From assembly GCF_006345805.1 (NCBI RefSeq), contig NC_043010.1, positions 13,268,001-13,332,000 of the forward strand: a DNA stretch of 64,000 nucleotides, given 5' to 3'. A program made the position numbers and the translations under genes. The stretch comes from Octopus sinensis. Its lineage: Eukaryota. Numbering within the stretch: the first letter of the stretch is position 1; each line of letters starts with the position of its first letter. This document shows positions 52,875 to 64,000 of this stretch, one piece after another. A model generated the notes under the pieces. It was not told where the DNA came from. It saw only the letters and a program-made list of their open reading frames with translations, and made no database searches.

Positions 52875-53060
52875 AAAAACGAAAGACGAAGACAGGTGGT
52901 GTACAAAACAAACAGATGTATTAGTATAACGCTCAGGAATAGAAAAAGTCTTTTACGTTTCGAGCCTACGCTCTTCTACAGAAAGGGACACAGAAAAAAC
53001 AAGGAGAGAAACAAGGAGAGAAAAAAATGTGTGTAGTGGCTAACGATCTATCATCGCGAC
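52875..53060 (-). repeat. Dispersed ~180-bp repeat containing a hammerhead-like variant (52950-52985)
   Basis: Homologous copies at ~7235-7410 and ~44480-44650. Minus strand: CTTT-CTGTAGAA-GAGC-GTAG-GCTC-GAAAC-GTA-AAAG. Confidence 0.7.
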
Positions 53061-54168
53061 ACACACACACTTATATATGTCACCTGTGATGTTGACTTTT
53101 CCTAAGGAAATGTTTATCAGCTTCTACTCCATCAACTGTGGTGATCTTGATAGTTTTCTTTTGGACAAAGTTGAGTTAGTCAAGAATTAAAGGTCACGCA
53201 AACATCCATAACAGAAAGGCGTACTCCATGATAGTACATATGTATACATGTATAAAAGTGTATGTGTGTGTGAGTGTGTATGAATGCATGCACTCATGTT
53301 CACATGTATGTATTAATGCACTTAAGGTCACAGGCATATACATATGTACATATGCATGCATATATTATATATGTATATATATGTATGTATTCTTTTACTT
53401 GTTTCAGTCATTTGACTGCAGCCATGCTGGGGCACTGTCTTTAGTCGAGCAAATCGACCTCAGGACTTATTCTTTGTAAGCCTAGTACTTATTCTATCGG
53501 TCTCTTTTGCCAAATCACTAAGTTGACAATCTTTTTCTGAAAAAGTGAAACCGGTCAAGTGAATAAACACCTTTTAAAATTGCATTTTCAAACCTTCTTT
53601 CATATAGAGATATATATATATATATTTATATATAATACATACACATATACACACACACATGCACACATACAAACAACACACTCACACAAATATATATAAT
53701 TATCATCATCATAATCACTATTCTAATGTCCTCATTTACATGCTTGCATGGGCCTAATGGAATTCGTTGAGATAGATTTTCTATTGCCAGAGAGTCCTCC
53801 TGCCACCAAATCTCTCCCGATTCCAAGTTTGGTAATATTTCTCCCATGACTGGACATATTCTTTCCCAAAACATTGGAAACAAATAACACCATTGGTCTG
53901 ATGGCAATTCATGTTTGCGACCATCATGCAATGGCAAGACATACTGGCAGAAACACACATACACACACATGCTTACACATACTTATGCATACATGCATAT
54001 GCATATATATATATTCATCATCATCATCGTTTAACGTCTGCTTTCCATGCTAGCATGGGTTGGACAATTTGACTGAGGTCTGGCAAACCAGATGGCTGCA
54101 GCAGGCCCCTATCTGATCTGGTAGAGTTTCTACAGCTGGATGCTTTTCCTAATGCCAACAACAAATGC

Positions 54169-54203
<35 letters not shown>

Positions 54204-55214
54204 ATATGACAGGTGTCTTTGAGTTTCCACCCACCTAATCCACTTATTACGTTTCAGTCAATCCAGGATTGTAATAGTAGGGAAACTTGTTCAAGGTGCC
54301 ACACAATATAACTGAACCCAAATCCAAATGATTGGGTACCAAACAGCTTAACAAGACAACTATATGTATGTTTATGAATTTTTATAAGGAGCCTGTTTGA
54401 AATACTTAACTGTAGTGACATCAAGGTAATATGCTACATTATAACTGAATATCAAACATAATACTGAAAGCCTGTTGCTTAAAGAATTTGTGAAGGTCCC
54501 TATGGAATAGATCAGAAGCTTGTGAATTGCAGTTTCAGGGCAAAGATAGTCTATGATCTCTATACAAACTGTTGTAAACAAAGAATGATATGTCATTTAA
54601 AGAGGGTAAAATATATAAATCTATTAAGTCTCCAAATTCAGAAGAATATTTTGCCCCCATACTCAAATCAAATTTCTCCCTGTTCCACATTTCTATTCAG
54701 ATAACAGAGCTGCAAAAATCTTCACAGATACATTTCTGTTACACCAAATATTTCTCTGCATAATTATGCATAAAACTTGTAACTATTCATATTTAATGTT
54801 GATATCCATTGCCATCCTTTTCATGATGAATCTGGATATTCAACACGTGTACACAGGAAGTACTGGGAGAGGGAAACTTGGTGTGGGTGATGTTTCATAT
54901 TTGCTGTACAGCAATACTATGAAGCTACAATCCTAATGGGATATAACCACTTAGCAAAACAGTATTCGCTTAGCATATCACCTGACTAACCTCTAATGTA
55001 ACTATGAACAATAAAAATTAGAACCAGTATAATGTTAAAAAGTGAAACAACTCAAAAGAGGAAAGTAATAAGAAGTAGAGTCCTTAATGAGAAAATGACC
55101 CATGCATTTTATGTAACTGGGTAATTTCTCTCATCGGCTGGTAGTCAAATATTCCTATGATTTCAAGACTTTATGGGCATGTGTATGTTTATGTGTATGT
55201 ATGTAAATGTATAC

Positions 55215-55253
<39 letters not shown>

Positions 55254-55441
55254 CTAAGCAATTAAGGGTTTAGCAACGAATTGCCTTACCACACACCGAA
55301 TTTAGAAATAGCAGTCAAAGAGATTATAGCTATTTCTTCTACTAAAAGGGAGATCACAGTAAAGGCACAGCATTTGAAAGGCAAACACAAACAGGTAAAA
55401 GAGAATGAATTAACGGCAATCTATCATACAGTTTTAAGTCA

Positions 55442-55533
55442 CCTACGGACGTACGTTTCGAGATCAAGTCTTAGGAAAGCATAAGAATTAGATAACTCTA
55501 CTTTACCCAGACTTCTTCTTTCATCAGCGCAGG
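55442..55533 (-). ncRNA. Minimal type-I hammerhead ribozyme motif (mirror copy)
   Basis: Exact reverse complement of 55586-55677. Confidence 0.8.
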
Positions 55534-55585
55534 ATACAAACAATCATGAATGATTGAATATTGAATCATTCATGATTGTTTGTAT

Positions 55586-55677
55586 CCTGCGCTGATGAAA
55601 GAAGAAGTCTGGGTAAAGTAGAGTTATCTAATTCTTATGCTTTCCTAAGACTTGATCTCGAAACGTACGTCCGTAGG
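55586..55677 (+). ncRNA. Minimal type-I hammerhead ribozyme motif (predicted GUC cleavage after 55671)
   Basis: CCTGCG-CTGATGA-[long stem II, AAGTCTGGGTAAAG/CTTTCCTAAGACTT]-GAAAC-GTAC-GTC-CGTAGG. Stem I is 6 bp and stem III is the palindrome ACGTACGT; the base of stem II is imperfect (A.C). Confidence 0.8.
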
Positions 55678-55961
55678 TGACTTAAAACTGTATGATAGAT
55701 TGCCGTTAATTCATTCTCTTTTACCTGTTTGTGTTTGCCTTTCAAATGCTGTGCCTTTACTGTGATCTCCCTTTTAGTAGAAGAAATAGCTATAATCTCT
55801 TTGACTGCTATTTCTAAATTCGGTGTGTGGTAAGGCAATTCGTTGCTAAACCCTTAATTGCTTAGTATTACTAAATTTTCCTCGAATGAGGCTTTTACAT
55901 GCCAAGACTACTTGGTGTAATTGATAATTGTTCCAAATTAATTAATTTCACCCTTCATTGT

Positions 55962-56008
<47 letters not shown>

Positions 56009-56092
56009 AATAAGGATAATATCGATATTTAAATATCGATTTTATCAAGTGGCCAGCATGGGAATAAAAACCTTACAAAGGTAATAATTATT

Positions 56093-56348
56093 TAAAACTA
56101 TAGATAAGGGTATCTGAAAGATACCACCATGCCGAAATAGCAGTCAAAACCCTGACCCTAAAGGCCACCTTAAATGTTCATATCCAGAAATCCAGGATCT
56201 TGAATTATCCAGTAAAATCTTTTTTGCTAGTTTATTTTGTCTCTCTATCTTATCTCGATATGAACATTTAAGGTGGTTTTTAGGGTCAGGTTTTTGACTG
56301 CTATTTTGGCATGGTGGTATCTCTCAGATAACCTTATTTATAGTTTTA
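56093..56348. repeat. Imperfect 92-bp inverted repeat with 72-bp spacer in a (TA)n-flanked island
   Basis: 56093-56184 pairs with 56257-56348 (about 6 mismatches); a 20-bp perfect palindrome ATCGATATTTAAATATCGAT lies at 56021-56040. Confidence 0.85.
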
Positions 56349-56352
56349 TATA

Positions 56353-56392
<40 letters not shown>

Positions 56393-57806
56393 TTAAAAGA
56401 TATAACAAAACCAAAGATGGATAAACACATATATATGGTATTATATCACCTGTATCATTCACAAATGATGTCATATAAGCATAACCAAAATATAATTAAC
56501 AAACCCAAAACATATTCCTAGATATTGTCCTAATTAGAAAGTTGGATTCTAAGAATTTTGGATCTTCTGAGCACTAATACGAAGTTAGTCTATTGTATGC
56601 TTATGATAGTGTCTTCTTACCCATTAGATATATGTATGTATGTGTATATACACACACACACACACACTCAAACATGCACACACACAGACACATGTACACA
56701 CACATACACACACATACACACACACACATACATTTAGGGTGATTTAAATTTAAACTTTATGACATGTACCCAATATTTAATGCTCCATGTGCACCATAAT
56801 ATATTAAAAGAGCAAAGTACAAAGAGGACTTGATAACACATGTATTTTAGTTCAAGTTCTTTTCCACTGGGCTTCATAGTTAGAAAAATCAAATGGTACA
56901 TACAGAAAAAAAACAAAACTGGATAGCCAATTCACAGATTATTTATTTACATCAGCTTGCACAAGTTTCATTAACAATAATATCTATTATTCAAGAAAAA
57001 CCTTATCAACAGATAACATTATCAAATCTTCAGAGATTGTATAGCAAGTGTAAATAAAGTTTAACATTTATAATAGAAAATGGATAGTTTTATGGTATCT
57101 TTTTCTTATCTTTTATTTTTTACTTATTTCAGTCATTACACTCTGGCAATACTGGGACACCACATTGAAGGGTTTAACTGTACTCTACCCCTGAACTTAT
57201 TTTTTCAGAGCCCACATAGTAATTGACTGGAAAGTAAGGTAAAGTAAAGTATCTATGCAACTGAAAATCCAGAAAATCCAAGAGATAAAATTATTTTGTG
57301 AAAAGTATATAAAGGATCAAGTTAGGGGGTATAAGAAGTAAATGTATACTTAATTAATCACACTATCTTCCATACGATTATGAACATTCACAGCCTTCTT
57401 TACATAGTATTAAGAAATTATGCATACATGCTCGTGTTAATATGTATACATTTGTATATACAATACAGTTGTATATATAGAAATCAAAATCAAAATAGAG
57501 ATTGTAGTTGTGGACGATGAATTTGTTTTCAGACAAAAAGAAAATAGGACATACATACACACATATACTTTAATATAAATTACCTGTCCTTATTTTCAAG
57601 TGTCTATTTTCCTTTGCCATAAACATATATATATATATATATATATATATGGGGTCAAACAAATAGACCCCAGGACTTATTTTTTGTAAGCCTTTGTTTA
57701 CCTATTACATCAGTCCCTTTTACTGAACTGCTAAGTTACAGGGACGTAAACACACCAGCATCAGTTGTCAAGTGATGGTGGGGGGACAAACATACACACA
57801 CCCATG

Positions 57807-57842
<36 letters not shown>

Positions 57843-58337
57843 CAAGGGACTTCTTTCAGTCTGCATCTACCAAATCCAGTCACAAGGCTTTGGTCAACCC
57901 GAGGGTATAGTAGAAGACACTTGCCTGAGGTGCCATGCAGTGAGACTAAACCCAGAACCGTGTGGTTGGTAAGCAAGTTACTTACCACACAGCCACTCCT
58001 GCACCCACCTATATATTTGATTATAACTTGTTGAGGGCAAAATAACGCAAACTGAAATACAAATATGAAGACCGAACAATAGCTCGTTTTGCCTTACAAT
58101 TGTTTGAGCTTAAGACAACCTTCATCAAGAAAAATAGGAGATGGAATAGAGCTATATTCATTCCTCAGGTGTGTGAGAGAGAGTAATGACATACACAGAC
58201 TGGTGTTGTTAGGATAGCCAGTCTGTCCTGTGGTTTTTTTCTATTGTTTAAGGAACAAAATTTACATGAAACAGACATTATTATATATTATAATATATAT
58301 GCAATGTATATATACACACACACACACACACACACAT

Positions 58338-58371
<34 letters not shown>

Positions 58372-58477
58372 TATATATATATATAATATAAATATATACA
58401 TACTACATATACACACAATACACACATGCATTATATAAATATTAGACAAGTGTGCATATACCTGTAGATGAACAGAC

Positions 58478-58479
58478 AT

Positions 58480-58536
<57 letters not shown>

Positions 58537-58543
58537 TAGATAC

Positions 58544-58582
<39 letters not shown>

Positions 58583-58615
58583 CTGATAGACAGACAGATA
58601 GACAGACAGATAGAC

Positions 58616-58675
<60 letters not shown>
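58478..58675. repeat. (GACA)n/(GATA)n tetranucleotide microsatellite
   Basis: Direct reading. Other large simple repeats include (TATG)n at ~7088-7208 and 16963-17045, (GATA)n at ~19395-19455, (ATT)n at ~46065-46123, and TA-rich blocks at ~15872-16090, 17735-18060, 23290-23920, 49665-50030 and 62340-62660. Confidence 0.95.
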
Positions 58676-59020
58676 TTGGAAGAACTAACAAGAGAAAGAG
58701 CACTCAATAAATATTGTAGAGTTGATATTATTGCTTTCAGACCTGATGATTCATGTAGTCAGCAAGAGTGTGAATCATCAGCTTAAATGAATGCGTACAT
58801 ACATGTGTGTGTGTTTGTATAAGATATATCATAACATACATATATATAAAGATGGGCCACAATAAAGTGTGACACACAACTAAATTTGGATTCAGTAGTT
58901 TCTATTATTATGTAATTATTTCAGCCATTTGATGAAACACGTATATGCCACATGGAGCTTTGACTACCACACTTGTTTTCTGTGTGTGTGTGTGTGCACG
59001 TGTGTGTATGAGTGTATACA

Positions 59021-59059
<39 letters not shown>

Positions 59060-59257
59060 GTAATATATATATATATATGTGATATATGTATGTATATATA
59101 TATATATATATTATCATCGTCATCATCATCATCGTTTAGCATCCGCAACCCATGCTGGCATGGGTTGGACGGTGCAACAGGGATCTGGGAAGCCAGAAGG
59201 CTGCACCAGGCCCAGTCTGATCTGGCAATGTTTCTATGGCTGGATGCCCTTCCTAAC

Positions 59258-59306
<49 letters not shown>

Positions 59307-59970
59307 CGTTTTTTAATTTGCTTTGCAAGATTCCTGATATGAAATCATGTGTTGAAACAGATATTGTTGCATTTTGGGATGGTCATTTTTTGGGGGGCCA
59401 AATAAACACACACACTATATATTTTTTCTTCACTCGTTTATTACTGTTCTTATTTTATTATTTTAACTCATGTTAATTGTCTGAAAATAAAATAACAACA
59501 GCAATAAATGAATGAAGAAAAAATATATAGTGTGTGTGTTTATTTGGCCAAAAAAAAATGACCCTCCCAAAATACAACAATATATATATATACACACATA
59601 CATATACACATATATATACATACATACATATATACATGCACATATGTCAGCATCATCATTTAACGTTTCTCTTCCATGCTAGTAAGGGTGGGACAATATA
59701 TATGTGCATATATATATATATATCTATATTATAATATATATATATATATATATATTTGTTGAAATGGAAAGATGAATTTTCTTGTTACAGATTATTCAAA
59801 AGTTTAACCGATACCTGGGTAGCAAAAATCACAGCAGGAAAAAACACGGTTGGAGATAAGACCATTCGGTGTTGCAACCGTGCGTTGGTGCGGATAATTG
59901 AAGTTTAATATAATTAGTGAATGGAAGAAATGGAGTTGAACGAAGATTGTACAGAATTCCTTTTATTACA

Positions 59971-60050
59971 TTCTACACATGTTTCAAAGGCCACAATTTT
60001 CCAAATTCTGATTAAATAAGGATACCATATTGCAGCTTTCTCTTCAGGAA
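59971..60050 (-). ncRNA. Minimal hammerhead ribozyme motif (GUA site)
   Basis: Minus strand: TTC-CTGAAGA-GAAAGCTGCAA...TTGTGGCCTTT-GAAAC-ATGT-GTA-GAA. The core is intact, stem I is only 3 bp and the stem III loop is no longer palindromic. Confidence 0.55.
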
Positions 60051-60836
60051 AAAGCAGGAATTACGTTGACAGAACAAAACAAAACAGAGGCGCAGCAAAG
60101 CAATTCAAACGAGGACGCTCCTTAAGAGCCCATGGTTAAACTGTTTATACACACACACACATACATATATACATATGTATACAACAGGTTTCTTTCAGTT
60201 TCAATCTACCAAACCCACTTAAGGCTTTGATTAGTTGGGGAGGATATAGAAGAAAACACTTGCCCAAGGTGCCATGCGGCTGGTCTGAACCCAGAATCAT
60301 GTGGCTGGAAAGCAAGTTCCTTACCACACAGCCCTCTCTGCACACACACCACACACACACACACATATATATACACATGTGTGTCTGTAATGTGCATATA
60401 TATGCATGTGCATGTGTGTGTGTGTGTGTGTGTGTATCTGTGTGTGTGTGTCTGTGTTTGTGTCTATATATTTGTTCATGCACTTATCTGTATTAACATT
60501 TGTTGGATAGGGTGATTCAAGAAGGCGTTCTTGAATCAGTTGCTCCTTTTGTTCTCAACCCTTGCTTTGTAATTAAGGGGTTGTTTTATTCTGCTGGCCC
60601 GGTCTTCAAAAGTGCAAAGCAACTGGTTGTAATGTCAGCCACCAATGTAAATATCATTTCACCATTTTGTTCAGATGGTGACAAGGGAAGCCATGGAATG
60701 CCATCATTCGCAGACATTCATACACTCACAGTCACACAAATATACACACATTTATAGAAACACATATATACACATATATATGTATGTATGTATGTGTGTG
60801 TGTATGTGCGTATGTATGTATGTATGTATGGATGTA

Positions 60837-62128
60837 CGAGGGGCGTTCAATAAGTAATGCCTCTGACCCACTTGCCGTTGATTGATCTAGCTGAGATTTT
60901 GCATGTGTAATTATTTATATCTCTATAGATTAAGTGGCAAATTACAGCTCCGAACTAATAGTGGTTTCTGATTTACATGTGTTTGAAATGAGTCAAGTGG
61001 GAAATGGAGCCTGTTGAGTGTCGAGAAGTGATCCGGTTTTTGTATTTGAAATGACGCACACCACGGGAGACTTTTGATGAAATGAAAATAACTTATGGTG
61101 ATGATGCCCCATCATATGACCTTGTAAAACGCTGGCATCGTGAATTCAAACATGGTCGGAACTCTGTGGAAACAGCTCCCAGATCTGGTCGCACCCCTTC
61201 TGCCATTGATGAGGCATCTGTCCGTCAAGTTGAGGCTGCCATTTTGGAAGATGGATGCATAACTATTCGCCAAATAGCCCATGAGGTCAAGATTAGTACC
61301 GGGTCTGTGGAAACTATCATTCATGACCATTTGCATATGCAAAAGGTGTCTGCCAGAGGGATTCCCAGGTTGCTCACACTTTTCCTGAAGCAAGAACGTG
61401 TCGAGTGCTTGAGGATGAATTTAGGGATGTGCCAAGAAGATGAGTCAAAATTTTTCAAAAGACTGATTACACAGGATGAGACCTGGGTCCTTCACCATGA
61501 TCCAGAGACCAAAGCCCAGTCAATGCAATGGAAGCACCATGACTTACCTCCTCCAAAGAAGGCAAGGGTGCAGCCCTCCGCTGGCAAGGTCATGCTCACA
61601 GTCTTCTGGGACCAGGACGGAGTAGTGATGACAGATTTCCTGGCAAAGGGTACCACAATTACAGGAGCCTATCATGCTTCACTTTTGAGGAAATTAAGAG
61701 AAGCTATCAAAACCAAGAGGCGGGGCAAGATCAGCAAAGGCATCCCCCTTCTGCAGGACAACGCTTCGGTCCACAATTCGCGTGTCGCCAGATCAGAAGC
61801 ACAGGCGTGCGGCTATGAACACTTCCCCCATCCCCCTACTCTCCTGACCTTGCACCCTCTGATTTTCACCTCTTCCCAGCCATGAAGTTGTTTTTGAAAG
61901 GAAAGCATTTCCCAGATGATGCAGCCTTGATTTCTGAAGTCACGTCGTAGTTGGAGGACCAAGCTGGGGTCTTCTATGAAAACGGTCTCCAGAGCTGTAT
62001 CAAACGATGGGAGAAATGCGTAACTCTGGGTTGTTCCTATGCTGAAAAAGACTAATACCTGTGCCAAGTTTCGTTGCTCTACTGCTATGGGAAGTGGATC
62101 AGGGGCATTACTTATTGAACGCCCCTCG
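60837..62128 (+). mobile_element. Full-length mariner DNA transposon (DD34D), 1292 bp, TA target duplication
   Basis: TIRs CGAGGGGCGTTCAATAAGTAATGC at 60837 and its reverse complement ending at 62128, both flanked by TA; internal transposase remnant. Confidence 0.95.
61004..62055 (+). pseudogene. Mariner transposase pseudogene (2 nonsense codons, 1 frameshift)
   Basis: ATG 61004; TGA 61052-54; motifs ITQDETWV, GKVMLTVFWD, LLQDNA and, after a 1-nt deletion in the C-run near 61835, [13 protein letters not shown] (34 residues between the 2nd and 3rd D); TAG 61948-50; terminal TAA 62053-55. Confidence 0.92.
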
Positions 62129-62349
62129 TATGTGTGTATGTGTGTATGTGTGTATGTATGTATGTATGTATACAGAAGTGTGTGCGTGTATATATAGGTA
62201 TTCACATGCAGATATATATGCACATATATATATGTGTGTATGTATGTATGGGCACTCATATTTTGACTTTGGTTTATTCCTGTCTGCACAACTAATATAC
62301 TACTACTAATATATATGAATATATAAATAATATACACACACACACACAC

Positions 62350-62390
<41 letters not shown>

Positions 62391-62425
62391 TACATAATAT
62401 GTAGATATATATATATATATATAAT

Positions 62426-62481
<56 letters not shown>

Positions 62482-62567
62482 AATGTGTGTACATCTATAT
62501 ATATATATATAATGTATATATATATACATCTATATATATATTTACAGACACACATATACATATACAC

Positions 62568-62616
<49 letters not shown>

Positions 62617-62929
62617 CATACATACACACACGTGAATATATATAATATATATAACACATATTCACAGTAAACCAAGCTTTCAGTTTACTTCTCTCAATTC
62701 CACTATTTATTCCAGGAGTGACCATCTCCTCTGTACATTATCGTTATGTAACTAAACTGGATTGTTAGCTATGACCTCATAAAGAATAGTTGAGGGAAAG
62801 TTTATTTAAAACAGCATTAAATCTTATATGCAAAGCATTAATTTGCACATCCGCATAATATTACGTTGATTTTTTATTTTTATTTCTTGCCTTTTTTTTT
62901 TCTTTTTTTTACAAAATTCTTTCCTACAG

Positions 62930-63110
62930 ATCAAAATCACTTACCTGATGATACTGTGCTAGCCAGGTCCCAATAACTAACTTCTTAACCATTGCCATTC
63001 TCAGTCCCTTCGATCGAAACACTCTCTTTCAAATTTCAAATATTTCCTGAAGTTCTGCAGTTGATTCTGTAATGAAAGGTCATCTGCGTATAGCAGTTCC
63101 CTGTATATCA
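62930..63110 (-). mobile_element. Decayed RTE reverse-transcriptase fragment
   Basis: Minus strand reads RELLYADDL (YADD at 63079-63090), then after frameshifts ESTAELQEIFEI..KGLR...SGK. Confidence 0.7.
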
Positions 63111-64000
63111 AGTTTTACATGCTTCCACGAGAGATTCACATTTTTACTGCCATTGCAGAATTCTCTCACTCAGTATCAGTTAACCCTTCTGATACTAAAC
63201 TGTCTGAAGTTGCCTCAAGATCTACGATACAAAGCATAACTTTATATTTTTGTTTTTGTATCTTTTAATATTTAAATATAAACCCTGAAATGTAATTTTT
63301 CCTAAGAAGTTATTATTAAGTTATAATCATCCAAACACCATCTTAATTATAGAAGAATTAATTATTTTAATATCCACTTTCAAATTCTTGATTATTTCCA
63401 AACATTCTTGAAACATATAAGCAGTGCATTTCACTGGAACCATGGTAATGAAATAATTAAATAGCCAGGGTCTTAACAGCTACATCACATAACTTTGACA
63501 ATATTCTTGTATAATACTATCACTACAACTACTACAACTACTACTGCTGTTGCTACTACCATTATTTTATCTACTTCAGAAACAGTGAAAGACTGCTATA
63601 GTATTGATGGCAAGATTTGCACCTAGAACATCAAACTACCAAACTAAACAATCTTGTATTATCCAGTCTAGTTTCCCTGCAAACTATTCAGGTTCACGTA
63701 TGATAGTAAGAAGAAAAGGATTAGAAACAGAACCCCAATGAATATTTACTCACTTTTCAAAATCTGTGTGGTCTGTATGATAAACACTCAATCTACTCCA
63801 GCAGACAGACAGACAGATAGACAGACAGCCAGGCAGCTAAATCTTTACAGTCAGGAAGTATCTTATGGATTAGACGACTACAACCTTACCTAAAGAAAGT
63901 GAATTGCTTTATCACAGGAATCATTAAAAACTATTAATATTTTCCATTAACATCTGGAATTACAGAATGGAAATGATGAAGCATATATTTACATGAACAG

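Larger units (their letters stand above)
55251..55868. repeat. 618-bp palindrome: identical 305-bp inverted arms around GAATATTG
   Basis: Base-by-base check: 55251-55555 is the exact reverse complement of 55564-55868; identical 67-aa ORFs are called on both strands. Confidence 0.97.

Noticed and set aside
55281-55838. Two identical 67-aa ORFs on opposite strands
   Set aside because: By-product of the palindrome; TTG start and no recognisable domain.
58744-58790. CTGATGA followed by a hairpin
   Set aside because: It is an 11-bp inverted repeat (CTGATGATTCA/TGAATCATCAG) with no GAAA or GUH, so it is not a hammerhead.
62939-62947. Perfect CAG|GTAAGT donor on the minus strand
   Set aside because: Lies inside a decayed RTE RT fragment (SGK codons downstream of YADD).

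Overview
AT-rich, microsatellite-saturated eukaryotic DNA, most likely a coleoid cephalopod (Octopus-like; inferred from the protocadherin and the repeat content). The only convincing host gene is a minus-strand protocadherin. One large exon (ATG 29364 to a phase-0 donor at 26986) encodes a signal peptide, six cadherin repeats, a TM helix and the start of the cytoplasmic tail, and a candidate 22-nt micro-exon lies at 3082-3061. The rest is transposon-derived: a full-length decayed DD34D mariner (60837-62128), a DD37D maT relic, RTE and CR1 LINE fragments, several Helitron-type elements (one carries a helicase C-terminus and sits in a three-level nest), piggyBac-type MITEs, fold-back elements and many tRNA-derived SINEs. 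The most interesting unannotated signal is a recurring set of minimal type-I hammerhead ribozyme (HHR) motifs of the kind known from Penelope-like retroelements (PLEs). These include a 618-bp near-perfect palindrome with one HHR on each strand (55251-55868), a tRNA-headed SINE-like family that ends in an HHR and has inverted 5' heads, a three-copy A6U core variant, and several intact or decayed HHRs in (TA)n-flanked islands. No PLE ORF is visible in the window. All structures were read by eye, and no ribozyme activity has been demonstrated.
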